The notes below the pieces were generated by a model. That model was not told where the DNA came from, did no database searches, and was given only the letters and a program-made list of their open reading frames with translations. This document shows positions 12,098 to 24,504 of a stretch of 64,000 bases of DNA, piece by piece; position 1 is the first letter of the stretch, and the number at the start of each line of letters is the position of its first letter. The stretch spans positions 46,562,001 through 46,626,000 of the forward strand of contig OX597816.1 in the NCBI GenBank assembly GCA_951406725.2. Reading direction: 5' to 3'. The position numbers were made by a program, and so were the translations under genes. This stretch comes from Octopus vulgaris (Eukaryota).

Positions 12098-12608
12098 CTA
12101 GCAGTATCGCCTGGCATTGCTCGGGTTTGTAAGGGAAATAACTATATAAGCATTTTTAGAGAGTTACTTCCCTTATAGATGCCAATTCGGGCTTTCTTAG
12201 CCATTTCTGTTTTGGTGTCTTCAAGCCATGAAGTCGTTGTTCTAAAAGAACGCTGGTCTCCTTGACAACGCTTTACGACGTTGATTTCCTTACACTCCCT
12301 TCCCCACAGCTTCACGAGGGAGGGAAGAAGGGGGAGAAGCAAACAGGTGCAGGTGTGACCATGGACGCCAACTCCGCCGCCATCGACACGAAAAATTATG
12401 CATTAAAATAGAATAAAAAATTATGTTAAATTATTTCTAAAATCGTAGACTCATCGTAGACGCGCGCTAATACTCAGACGGGCTCGATATGAATCACGAC
12501 TATAAGATACCCGAATTTGGTTAAACTGCACCGCAAAATGTGTGAGTAGTTAGGAATCTAAATCGAAGGGGACAGACACTCACACAACTACAGTTTTATA
12601 TATATAGA
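12098..12608 (-). mobile_element. Non-autonomous Helitron
   Basis: The reverse strand begins A|TCTATATATATAAAACTG and ends CCCGAGCAATGCCAGGCGATACTG-CTAG|T. This gives a 5' TC, a 3' GC-rich hairpin plus CTAG, insertion between A and T, and no TSD. Confidence 0.8.
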
Positions 12609-13069
12609 TTTCATGCTTTTTTTTTTTTTTTTTTTTTCTTCCATGCCTTCAACATTAAGATTTACCTTTCCAACCTGACCTGATAATTTCTCTTTATTGC
12701 ACACTCTGAAAAATAAAAATTCAAGTAAAGTGGTCAAGACTGAGACTTCTGCCAGAAAAAAAAAAAAGCATATCAAATAAATCTCCTTGGTTAAATTGTC
12801 AATAATTAAACCTTATGAGGAGTGAGTTTCACTGCGGCTTCTGGTTACAAGGAGATAAGGAAATAATTTTAGATTGGTTACTAAACTGGTATTGATTGAA
12901 AGAGTATATAAGTCTCCTGCTTAGAGTCAAACATGCACACACATACACATGTACATTATAACATTATACACATAAGCTGAATATTTGTTTTCAAAATTTT
13001 TGATTAAAAAAAACAAGGATCAGAACATTTTTAATTACTTTTTGTTTAAAATATATTTTGTCTCTATTT

Positions 13070-13918
13070 GAGCTGCCAGAATCATTAATAGGTTGGAAAA
13101 ATGCCTTGCAATATTTGTTTTGGCTCTTCACATTGTGAGTTGAAATCTTGTCAAGGTCAACTTTACCTTTAATTCTTCTAGGATCATTAAAATAAAGTAC
13201 CAGTCAAGTACTGAAATTGATGGTATTGACTAAATCCTACCCTTCAAAATGGACAATGGCTTGGCTGAATCATCAGAGTGCCCAAAACTTTGCTTTCCAC
13301 TATTTCTGGATGCTCTATATGTGAGTTCAAATCCTACCATGGTTAACTTGGCCTTTCACTCCTTCAGGCTCAATAAAGTACTGGGATCAATGACATCAAA
13401 GAACTCTTTCCCCTTAAAATTGTGGGCTTTGTTCCCAAATTAGAAACAATTATGATTATTATTATTAAGGGGGCAAGCTGGCAGAATTGTTAGAATGCTG
13501 GACGAAATGCTTAGTAGCATTTCATCTGTCTTTACATTGAGTTCAAATTTTACCATGGTCAACTTTGCATTTCATCCTTTTGGGATCAATAAAATAAGTA
13601 CCAATTGAGTATTGTGGTTCATGTACTTAACTAGCCTCCACCCAACAAAATTTCAGACCTAGTGCCTATAGGATTATTATTATTATTATTATTATTATAT
13701 ATTAAAGCAGTGAGCTGGCAGAATTGTTAGCATGCCAGGCAAAATGCTTTGTGGCATATCGTCCATCCTTATGTTCTAAGTTCAAATTTTGCCAATCTCA
13801 ACTTTGCTTTTCATACTTTTGAGGTTGATGAAATAAGTACCAGTTGTGTACTGGGCTTGATGTAATTGACTAGCCCCCTCCCCTTAAATTTCAGGTCTTG
13901 TGCCTATAGTAGAAAGTA
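13070..13918 (+). mobile_element. Head-to-tail cluster of four degenerate family B SINEs
   Basis: Repeated GCTGGCAGAAT...GAGTTCAAAT...AACTTTGCCTTTCATCC...AAGTACCAG units, the later ones separated by (TAT)n runs. Confidence 0.75.
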
Positions 13919-14707
13919 TATATTCCATTGAAGAAAACTTGGTTATCTCTATTATGAAACATTAAACAACCAGTAAGTATTTCAGGAGTTAACCTGGTAT
14001 GTAAGACATTAGAAATTAGTCCAGTTCTTCAGAGAGGGTTAGTGTATTTGTTTTTATTTTTACATTAATCTTGAACGATTAACTGAACTTCAGATTCATA
14101 CACCCAAGTTACTGAAAATGCTGCTGCCTTTGTCAGTTGACCACTGACCACTTTGCAGATAACTAGTTCTCTTGAATTTATTTTCCAAATTTTTGTAGTT
14201 TTATACATGTAAATTTCTTGATGATGTACAAAGCCAGCATTTATATGGTTAGTGTCTTAATCAATCAATCACATCAGCATTAGTATTTACTGTTAGTACC
14301 TATTATGATGTAATGCCTCACTAAACTACTAAATGACAGGTTACTCTAACAAGAAAGATAGCCATTGTTTCAGTATATCTTGTTTTATAGTAGAATCTTT
14401 TGTTCAGTAGACTCCTTGTGTGGTTACTCAACCAGATTCGATTTCTTTCTTAAGCTTTTGAAAGAAGGAAAGACATTGAATAATGTAGTCATAAATTCCC
14501 TGTCTTTGAGAAGAAGGCTCTATGGTTATGGTTGGGGCATCTCTGATCATAGATCTGCTCAGTCTGGTCTGACTTAGGACTAAATGGCAGCAACAACTAG
14601 CACTTTTTTTGCGAGTATCTCTATCTTTGTTTCCTCTACTAACTATAAATTTTATTAGTTATGTTATATCCCCTTTTAACTGCTTTTACTTAAATCCCTC
14701 TCTCATC

Positions 14708-14940
14708 TGTTTCTTTATTACCCACAAGGGGCTAAACATAGAGGGGACAAACAAGGACAGACAAACAGATTAAGTCGATTATATCGACCCCAGTGTGTAA
14801 CTGGTACTTAATTTATCAACCCCAAAAGGATGAAAGGCAAAGTCGACCTCGGCGGAATTTGAACTCGGAACGTAGCGGCAGATGAAATACGGCTACGCAT
14901 TTCGCCTGGCGTGCTAACGATTCTGCCAGCTTGCCACCTT
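14708..14940 (-). mobile_element. SINE family B, young copy
   Basis: Close to the 4445-4678 and 48706-48933 copies, with CpGs retained. Confidence 0.9.
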
Positions 14941-15924
14941 CTCATCACCCAACTAGAGCTCTCATGGTTGCTTGACCTGCTACCAACAGTTACTAAATCT
15001 CCAACTCACACCACCCAACTGGCTCAAAAATATTGAATAAGATGACATTGGATGCTCTAGTTCTAGACATACAAGAAGACAGGGAGGTTTGACCTTAAAT
15101 TTGCTTGATCAAGACTAAAACAGAAACTAGACTTTCTGATCAGTTTTTATTGCCTGTTTATATGTCCCAGCTTCTGAGTATTTTATTTTCTCACACTTAT
15201 GGAAATTATCATGGATGAGAAAATATATGCTTAGGATTAAGAAATCTTTTATTTAATAATGAAAGACCACAGTACTTATTTCACCCAGCTCTTCCTCACA
15301 TTTGTATAGTATTTATTATAGCCAAAAGACTTCTTCGGTTATGTTGACAAAAACATCTATTCAGGTAATTCATCCAAGGACCAATAAATCAAGTGCTTTA
15401 CCAATAAAGTTGCTTTGGACTAAATGTTTGGGTGGTATCTTAGCTCCACATGGTTCAAGAGGACATCATTTGTTTACCTTATTCTTCAGAAAGTTTGTCA
15501 GTGTTGTCTTTTCTTTTTTTGGTGAATCTGGACAAATTGGAGATGACACTTACTGCTCTACACCAGTTGTTATTTAATCTGTCCAAATATTTCTACCTCG
15601 TTCATTTACACTTAGTATTTTTATTTAACAATATTCCTAAGTGTTAATATAATGTTGGCTGCTTCTACTAATTCAAATGTTTACATTTACTCAAAGAAGC
15701 AAGGTTTTTACAGCTGGGTTCTCAAAGTAATAAACCAACCACTGGGAATGATTAATTATTTTTAGAAATGTTAGCCAAGAAAGTTAATGTGATTAGTTAA
15801 TAGGAATGAATGGCAAAAAACTTAGGTTTCAGAAAGAAATTTTGTTATAAATTGTGATAAAAGTTGAATTTTCATATTTTTATTACCAGTTCTCTGTCTA
15901 TTTCAACAGCCATGATTAAATAGA

Positions 15925-16290
15925 CATCATCATCATTTAACATCTACCTTTTCATGCTTGTTGAAGCAGGTTTTCTACAGATAGATGCCCTTCTTGTTGT
16001 TAACCCTCTCCTGTTTCTAAAGCAAGGTAATATTTTCCCATGGCCAGACATATTTTTTGAAAGAAGATTGGAATTAAGCGGCATCGCTTGTATAACAGTG
16101 CTGCTTTTTTTTTTTTTTGCAGCTATGTCAGGAAGAGGTCACACATGTGTGCACACACATGATGAGCTCATTTCAGTTTCCATCTACCAAAACCATTCTT
16201 AAAGCTTTGTTTAGTTGGGGGCTATAGCAGAAGGCATTTACCCAAAGTGTCACATGGTTGGGAAGCAGGCTTCTTAACCACCTAGCCATG
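15925..16290 (-). mobile_element. SINE subfamily A2, degenerate
   Basis: (CAT)n tail at the left, GATGCCCTTCTTGTTGTTAACC, and the family A head at the right. Confidence 0.65.
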
Positions 16291-16591
16291 TGGAGGCACA
16301 TAGCCTATGGTTAGAGCAGCAGACTCACGGTCAAGGGCTTGCGGGTTCGAATATCAGACCGGGCGATGTGTGTGTTTATGAGCGAAACACCCTAAGCTCC
16401 ACGCGGCTCTGACAGAAGGTAATGGCGAACTTCTGCTGACTCTTTCGCCACAACTTTCTCTCACTCATTTCTCCTGCATCTTGCGGCTCACCTGCAACGG
16501 TCCAGCATCCTGTCCAGGTGGGGAACCTATACACCAAGGAAACTTGGAAACCAGCCCTTATTAGCCAGGCATGGCTCGAGAAGGAAGGAAT
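16291..16591 (+). mobile_element. tRNA-derived SINE family D
   Basis: A-box-like TAGCCTATGGTTAGAGC and B-box GGTTCGAATATC. The TSD CTAGCCATG is at 16282-16290 and 16592-16600. Homologous to 41280-41567. Confidence 0.9.
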
Positions 16592-16610
16592 CTAGCCATG
16601 CATGTACCTA

Positions 16611-16838
16611 TTAACCCTTTTGTTACCAACCCGGCTGAAACTGGCTCTGGCTTTGAGTATAAATGTCTTGTTTTCATAAGTTTTGAATTAAAATCTTCCA
16701 CCAAACCTTAATCACAATTTATATTCCTAACACCAGCTTGATGATAACTAAGTTATTTTACTAAATTCTTTGTTATATTTAAAGTAATTGAAAGAAACAC
16801 AGAGCATCTCAAAATAAATACAGTAACGAAAGGGTTAA
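16611..16838. mobile_element. piggyBac-type MITE family 1
   Basis: TTAA-CCCTTTTGTTAC ... GTAACGAAAGGG-TTAA. Other copies at 41152-41677 and 54506-54724. Confidence 0.9.
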
Positions 16839-17214
16839 AGAAAGTAAAATTCTGCCTAGAAAATCTGAAAACACAAAATCAGTATTGTTAGAGTAAAATC
16901 TATTTTTAATAGACAGATTTTACTGTAACAATATGACTGAAACACTTCATGTTAAAATATATCAATTGTACGTACTCATTTGAAAGGCTTAAATGTCTCT
17001 GGGTGATATACACTTTACAAAATGGCTTGCAGCTGTTTAAGCACTTCACTATGAGTGCGTTTTCACTGTGTATTAATATAGTCCAGGGTATTATCTATCT
17101 ATTTATGTTTTTAATCATTAGTTAATTTTAAAATATAAATGCTGAAGCTATTAAGGAAAATAAGGCAGTAACAGTAGGATTGCCAGATATTAATAACTGC
17201 TCCTGTGCTTTAGG

Positions 17215-18100
17215 AGCATGTGTTTGCAGAATCCTTAGAGCATTAAGCAAAGTACCTTGTAGTATTTCTGGCTCTTTAAAACATTCAGAGTTCAAATCCC
17301 ATTGGGATCAAATTTACTTTTCATCCCTCTGGGGTTGATAAAATAAAGTACTATTTAAGTGCTAAAATCAGAGGTATTAACTAATACCTCCCCTCAAAAC
17401 TGCTGGCCTTGTGTGGAAATTAAAAACAATTATAAAAAGTTATGGCTTCATAGAATTGTTAGAACATTGGGAAAATGCTTAATGGTTCCAGCTCTTTACT
17501 TTGAGTTCAAATGCCACTGAGGTCAACTTTTACTTTCATCCTTTTGGAGTTGGCAAAACAAAGTATCAGTTAAGTACTGGTACTTTATCTTATTTTGAAG
17601 CGAGGTAGTTAGTTGATGCTATTGACTGACAACCTTCCCTCAAAATTGCTGGCCTTGTACCTAAATCAAAATTACTACTACTTCTATTGTGGCAAGCTGA
17701 CAAAATTGTTACCATGCTAGGCAAAATGTTTAGCATTTGAACAAAATGCTGAGTTCAAATTCTGCTGAGGTCAGTTTTGCCTTTCATCCTTTCGGAACCA
17801 CGAAAATAAGTACCAGTTGAACATTGGGATCAATGTAATCAACTTATTCCCTCCCCCAAAATTGCTGGCCTTGTGCCAAAATTTGAAACCATTTTTATTA
17901 TTATTAGTAGTATTAGTAGTAGAATAGCAGATTGGGAAAAGTCTTAGAGCATCCAATGATCTACCTTTAGTTCCTGCTCTTTACACTATTAGTTCAAATC
18001 TCACCAAAGTCAACTTTGTATCCCCTAAAATTAAATACCAGAACACCAGGCAAGTACAGGCATTCATTTTCAATTGATTATAACCTTCCCTAACATTTGC
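17215..18100 (+). mobile_element. Head-to-tail cluster of about four degenerate family B SINEs
   Basis: Repeated GAGTTCAAAT...TTTCATCC...AAGTAC...CCCTCAAAATTGCTGGCCTTGT units. Confidence 0.75.
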
Positions 18101-20190
18101 ATCCTTGGTTGGAAGTCGTTAATTGATAGAAATAACAGCACACCAGAGAATTCATCCTCAACGATCCCAATTTTATCAACAGATTCCAGAAACAAAACAG
18201 AACTTGTTGGCAATAATGAGAAAGCTGTAAAATTGATTGAATGTTAAGAAGTACTCTATTTACCAATAATCATACTGGTGAAATGGTTAGAAAGATTACA
18301 GCATGAGATTGAATGAAATATTATATTGAAGCGGAAATGTGGTAGTTAAATATGGTTATGTTTATCAAAGAAGAGAATGTTTCCAGATATGCTTCAACCA
18401 CAGCACATGTGGCTTTCTCTTCTTTTCGTCAGTGAAGGGCTTGATCATGAAATACAATCTTTTCCTTTGCTCTTGGATTTTATCTGTTGTTGACACAGAC
18501 CCTCATTGGTTTTCTCCAGGTTTGAATTTTACCTATGATATGGAGTTAAATCCTTTTACCGTTCAGTGTTCAAATCTCACTAGGAACAACTGTGTCCCTT
18601 TCATTCTCCTGGGCTCTCTGCTCCATCTCACCCCACCACTGCACTATATTTTATAAAGTAAGTACTAGTTACTTGTTAATAACTAGTCAAAATATTGACT
18701 AAATTGTCTGTATCTCTACCTAAAATTTTAGGCCTTACTCTATCATAACTTAAAACAATAACAATAGCTTGTTGTCATTGTTACATTAGTTTTTCAATAC
18801 TGGCATAGGTTGGATAGGACATCTTGAAGTGATGCTGCAAACCAGATACTCTTTCTGATACCAACAGTTGTTCCATGTTACAACATGCAGGAATAATATA
18901 AAGCATATGTATAAAATAGTTGGTTAAATAGATGAGGAAATAATACATTTTCTCAAGCATTAGTATTAAAGTAAATGACCAGGTATATAAGACACAGTGA
19001 ATTTTGGGAGTGAAACTTTTTTACAAATTTTAAAAAAGTGTTACATATGTTGAAAATGTGCACTTGGTTGTTGCTGCCCCAAATCAGCTCTAATAGGGCA
19101 GACCCTATAATTAAAATCATTTCAGGCATTATGTACTCTATTCTGGCCTACATTATCCAATGTGTATTTAAGTTTGTAGAGTTTGAACTGAGGGAAAATT
19201 GGCTGTTATTTTTAGCAGATCAAGTGACCATTTAAATTCTGGCTCATAGAACTTTTGGTTACCCTTTGCTTGTTTTAGTCTTAGGACTTATTTTTTAAAG
19301 TCTGGTGCTTATTCTATTGCTTTCTATGCTGAACAGCTAAGTTATGGGGATGTAAACAAACCAACACCAGTTGTCAAGTGGTAATGGTGGTGGGACAATC
19401 ACAGGCAAAAACATGCATACACAGATACAAAGACACATACACATGTATATATGACCAGTTTCAAAACAGTTTCCATTTACTAAATTCATTCACAAGACAT
19501 TGGTCAGCCCAGGGTTGTAGGTGACACTTGCCTTAGGTGTTGCACCATGGAGCTGAACCTGAGACCAAGTGGGTACAAAGTGAACTTCTTAACTATATAG
19601 CCTATAATGCTATCTAGATAACAAATACAAAGGCAGCATCAACTCAGGGAGTGAAAGACAAAAAAAAAGGAATGTGAAATTTCATGTTGCAAATTGACTA
19701 AATATTCTTCTTATTACAATTTATAAACAGTGAAGCAACTAAATTTCATTTGTTAAAAGCTTTTTACTTTCTTTTTCGCTTTCATTCGTTCATTCATGTT
19801 TTATTTCCTTCTTCATTCTTGTATTTAAAAAAACTACATATTTCGAAAGTAGCTGATTAGTTTAGATCATTGTGTATGATCAATTGAATATTCCAAATAT
19901 TTGCACCATGCTGATGGCATCAGTTGACTAATTCAGTTGGTGTGGTTGATTCAGCGTTCAACATCTCCAAGCATTTTGCAACCTGCTATGTACTGTAGTT
20001 ATTATCATGTATAAAATAGTACTGCAAATCTACTTTGCTCTACCTTCTCAGTTAATGTGGAACAGTGGTAGTTCGTAATGCTTCTCTTTGTCATGTTGTA
20101 GCAGTTCCTGGAAAACATTTTATATATTGCCTATCCAGATTGGTTTATCCATGTCTCGGGGTTCTGTGAGTGTGCATGTGTGTGTGTATA

Positions 20191-20388
20191 CAGGGTGGGG
20201 CAAAAGTCATGCACCAGTAAAATAACACTTGGCATAGGAGTGGCTGTGTGGTAAGTAGTTTATGAACCCCATGGTTCTGGGTTCAGTCCCACTGTGTGGC
20301 ACCTTGGGCAAGTGTCTTATACTATAGCCTTGGGCCGACCAAAGCCTTGTTAGTGGATTTGGTAGGTGGAAACTGAAAGAAGCCCATC

Positions 20389-20434
<46 letters not shown>

Positions 20435-20661
20435 ATATATGTTTGTGTCTGGTGTGTTTACATCCCCGTAACTTAGCAGTTCGGCAAAAGAGACCGATAG
20501 AATAAGTACTAGGCTTACAAAGAATAAGTCCTGGGGTCGATTTGCTCGACTAAATGTGGTGCTCCAGCATGGCCACAGTGACCTGTCACCTGACTGAAAC
20601 AAGTAAGAGTAAATGTGATAAACGTTCATAAAATGTAGTGTGTGACTTTTGCATCACCGTG
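20191..20661. mobile_element. Tc1/mariner-type MITE split by a family A SINE
   Basis: TA-CAGGGTGGGGCAAAAGTCA ... TGACTTTTGCATCACCGTG-TA. The SINE occupies 20231-20612. Confidence 0.7.
20231..20612 (+). mobile_element. SINE family A, full length
   Basis: GGCATAGGAGTGGCTGTGTGGTAAG...GGTTCAGTCCC (A/B boxes), CORE-like ACCTTGGGCAAGTG, an internal (TA)n(TG)n run, and 3' GACTGAAACAAGTAA. Confidence 0.9.
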
Positions 20662-20843
20662 TATATTGTGGAGCGTATATTTAATACAATATGTGTTTCT
20701 CAATTAGCCCAAGGGTTGATAATATACTCAGTTGGGTTCAATTAATTATATACATAACTTGAATATCTTTATTCCCTGTATTCAACTGTAGTTGCTGTGT
20801 ATGCATTTTAATTTTGACCCAACCCAGTGCCTTATTCACCTGA

Positions 20844-20886
<43 letters not shown>

Positions 20887-21786
20887 GAGTAATGGTGCTA
20901 AGCAGTGTTTACAGATAATCACAATTTAGGTTAGTTGAAATATGTGTGTAACATATTTCAACTGCTAAAAGGCAAATACCCTGCAGTTACCGAGCAGTAA
21001 ATATCTCTATGGTAAAAAGGTGTGAAAATACCCCGTCTGTTCAGTGTCGCCCGCTCTCGGGAATCTCGGACATCGATGTTTCAAGTTTATTGCCTTTAGC
21101 AGTTGAAATTGGAGTGAGATGGATTCTGACCATCTCCCTCCAATCTACATTATATGACAGGCTTCTTTCAGTTTCTATCTACTATATCCATTTTGGTCAG
21201 CCCAAGGCTATAGTAGAAGACACTTGTCCAAGATGCCATGCAGTGGGATTGAACCTAGAATCATGTGGTTGAGAAGCAAGTTTCTTAGCACACAGCCATG
21301 CCTGCGCCTTTTTGTTAGCTTTCTTTGTATGTTCAAATGAATAAAAAAGGAAAAAATATCCTTTATTGCCTGTTTCCGTTTTGATCTTTTGAATAAAACA
21401 AAGTAATCAATTTTCAATAATACAAACAAGTAATCAATTATAATATCAAAGAATTCATAATTTTGTTGGTCATGTAACTCCTTTTCAGATTACTAATTTA
21501 GAATATACCGACAGAAATGAAATTATCTGTGTGACCAAGTAGAGAAGCTCTATATTTAATTCTAAGTAGTAATTGTAGAAGTAGTAGTAGTAGTAGTAGT
21601 AGCACCCCTACCACCATCTGTAGTGGGTATGATGAGATGACTGGTTTGAAATGTAACACCTATTTGTTCTGTGAAATACCGAACCTGTGCCAACATGAAA
21701 CTTGGTCAACTTAAAGAGAGAGAAATAAAATTTTGGATATGGGACAAATGCTTCTCATTCTAGGTTTATAGGTCAGAAACTGAAAA

Positions 21787-22280
21787 TCATCATCATCATC
21801 ATCATTTAGCGTCCTCTTTCCATGCTAGCATGGGTTGGACAGTTCAACTGGGGTCTGTGAAGCCAGAAGGCTGCACCAGGCCCAGTCTGATCTGGCAGTG
21901 TTTCTATGGCTGGATGCCCTTCCTAACACCAACCACTCCGTGAGTGTAGTGGGTGCTTTTTACGTGCCATCCGCACAGGTGCCAGACAGAGCTGGCAAAC
22001 GGCCACGGATGGATGATGCTTTTTACATACCATCAGCACGGGGGCCAGGTGAGGCTGGCAATGGCCACGAACGGATGGTGCTTTTACGTGCCACCGGCCA
22101 CGAACAGATGGTGCTTTTACGTGTCACCGGCCACGAACAGATGGTGCTTTTACGTGCCACCGGCCACGAACAGATGGTGCTTTTACGTGCCACCGGCCAC
22201 GAACGGATGGTGCTTTTTACGTGCCACCGGCACGGAGGCCAGTCGGGGCGGTACTGGCCACAGCCACGATCGGATGGTTA
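21787..22280 (-). mobile_element. RTE LINE 3'UTR fragment with internal minisatellite
   Basis: (CAT)n tail and GGATGCCCTTCCTAAC. Homologous to 47203-47766. Confidence 0.85.
22064..22230. repeat. 33-bp tandem repeat, 5 copies
   Basis: Unit GCCACGAACRGATGGTGCTTTTACGTGCCACCG starting at 22064, 22097, 22130, 22163 and 22196. Confidence 0.95.
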
Positions 22281-22309
22281 GGATGTATAAAATCATATAT
22301 ATTACATTA

Positions 22310-22768
22310 TCATGGTTCCAAATTCAATCCCACTGCATGGCATCTTGGGCAAGTGTCTTCTACTATAGTCCTGGGTTGACCAAAGCCTTGTGAGTGGATT
22401 TTGTAGATGGAAGCTAAAAGAAGTATGTCATGTTAAAAGTCGATGTTAATAAAGCTTGGATCACAAACAACAAAGGCTATTTATGTTCTTTTTGTTACAT
22501 TTGCTGCTGCTGTGGTCTTTGTGTTTGACTCTGGTGCTGGTTTATTTATGTCCCCTGTAACATAGCAGATTGGTGAAAGAGACTGATAGAATAAGTAGCA
22601 GACTTCAAAAAATAGGTACTGGGACCATTTTAGCTTGCTTACGAACCACATGGTTTTGGGTTCAGTCCAACTGCATGGCACCTTAGGCAAGTGTCTTGTA
22701 CTATAGCCTCGAACCAACCAAAGCCTTGCGAGTGGATTTGGTAGATGGAAACTGAAAGAAGCCCATCC

Positions 22769-22803
<35 letters not shown>

Positions 22804-23075
22804 ATATTTCTGTGTCTGTTTGTCCCCCCTACATCGCTTGACAACTGATGCTGGTGTGTTTACGTCCCCATAACTTAGTGGTTTGGCAAAAATGACCGAT
22901 AGAATAAGTACTAGGCTTACAAAGAATGTCCTGGGGTGGAATTGCTCGACTAAAAGTGGTGCACCAGCATGGCCACAGTCAAATGACTGAAACAAGTAAA
23001 AGAGAAAAAAGATAGATAGTAAGGCAGTGCCCCAGCATGGCCGCAGTCCAGTGACTGAAACAAGTAAGACAAAAG
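22310..23075 (+). mobile_element. Two tandem, partly 5'-truncated family A SINEs
   Basis: Two successive family A bodies (~22310-22625 and ~22635-23005), followed by a duplicated 3' end. Confidence 0.8.
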
Positions 23076-23561
23076 ATGCCACTATGAAATTACCCTTCAG
23101 TACTGTGTTACATATTTGCATGTTTATATGAATGAATGATACATGTCTCTGTACATATGTATAGACACACACACTTCATATGCATAAAGGGGATTGTTCA
23201 AACATACATATTTATATACGTATATTATATAGTAGTAGGACATTGTTTTGACAGGTAATTTGAAGGGCTTAACTAGATCCCTATGTATTTATTGCCACAC
23301 ATTGACTTCAAAAAGGCAGTTTTATTGTTGTGGGACTTGAACTTTAAATGACCTCATTGATCTGACTAGCTCAATGAAGCCTTTGCACCTAATATTACTG
23401 AGTGTAATCGTTCTTTTCCTCTCTGCACAATGAACTAAACTAAATGACATTTTTCTTTCCTTCTCTTCCTAGTGCTTGATCTATTAAATGTGTTTAGCCT
23501 TGCTAGTAAGACCAAACAATTCCTTATTCTTGTTACCCTTTAACTGGCTGTAGGTTGTTGG

Positions 23562-24504
23562 TGTTAAAAGTCGATGTAAAGATTGGATCACAATAAACAA
23601 TAACAAAGTCTGTTATGTTCGTTTTGTTACAATTGCTGCTGTGATCTCCATATGACGTTGATTGCGGTGATCTATCTTCATGTAACGTTGACTACTGCGA
23701 TCTTTTTGCAGCATTATCTGCTGTGTCTTTTCTGACGTTAACTATTCTGATCATTTTTCTGATCATTAACTATTATGGTCATTTTCTAACCGTTAGATGC
23801 TGTGGTAATTTTCTGACGTTAGCTATTGTTTTTTTTTCTTCCTGACGTTAACCACTGTAGTCATTCTTTTTCCTTCTGACGTTAGCTGTTTTTTCCTTCT
23901 GACGTTAAGCTGCTGTAGCCTATTTTCTGGCGTTAACTGTTGTGGCTTTTTCTTCTTCTGATGTTATTTGCTGTAATCATTTTCTGATGATTTTCTGGCG
24001 TTATCTACCATGGTTCATTTTCTAGCGTTCTCATATCATCTGCCATGTTTTTTTTAGTTAGTTGTCTTGGTCTTTTTTTTCTAACGTTAACTGTTGTGGT
24101 CTTTTTTGCCTCAAGTTAGATGCCGTGGCTTTATTGATTTTGTCTGCTGTAGATCTTTGACGTCGGCCGCTAAAATCGACAAATGACGTCGGCTGCGACG
24201 GTCGGCACGTGACGTTGGCTGCGACGGTCGGCATGTGACGTCGGCTGCAACGGTCGACACTTGACGTCAGCTGTTACGGTCGGCACGTGGCGTCGGCTGC
24301 TACAGTCAGCACGTGACGTCGGCTGCGACGGTCGGCACGTGACGTCGGCTGCTACGGTTTTTTGTTGTTGACGTATTTGCTATGTTTATGAATTAAAAGA
24401 TCAAATCGGTCTTCTAGCATAAAATGGCCTTGATAGATCGACACAATTATAAGGATTAATTGTAGGCAACCATACGTGTGTTGGTATTAAAACGGTTGCT
24501 TACA
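23562..24504. repeat. Minisatellite-bearing element: ~26-bp TGACGT-anchored array with unique flanks
   Basis: Roughly 25-30 units beginning TGACGT/TAACGT/TGGCGT. Units at 24184-24357 are near-identical TGACGTCGGCTGCGACGGTCGGCACG. A 3' stem-loop reads GTAGGCAACC...GGTTGCTTAC. Confidence 0.8.

Noticed and set aside
16291-16365. tRNA gene (also 41280-41350 and the family A/B heads)
   Set aside because: A/B boxes are present, but there is no proper acceptor stem and the sequence runs into a SINE body bounded by TSDs.
21835-22393. Repeat-protein ORFs (GHEQMVLLRAT / PPATNRWCFYV)
   Set aside because: They are antisense read-throughs of a 33-bp minisatellite in a LINE 3'UTR, open in two frames at once.
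23625-24360. CRISPR-like repeat-spacer array
   Set aside because: The conserved anchor is only ~6 bp, the intervening parts are related to each other, there are no cas genes and the context is eukaryotic.
23562-24504. Solo LTR (TG...CA ends)
   Set aside because: No matching 4-6 bp TSD outside the TG/CA ends and no PBS or PPT context.
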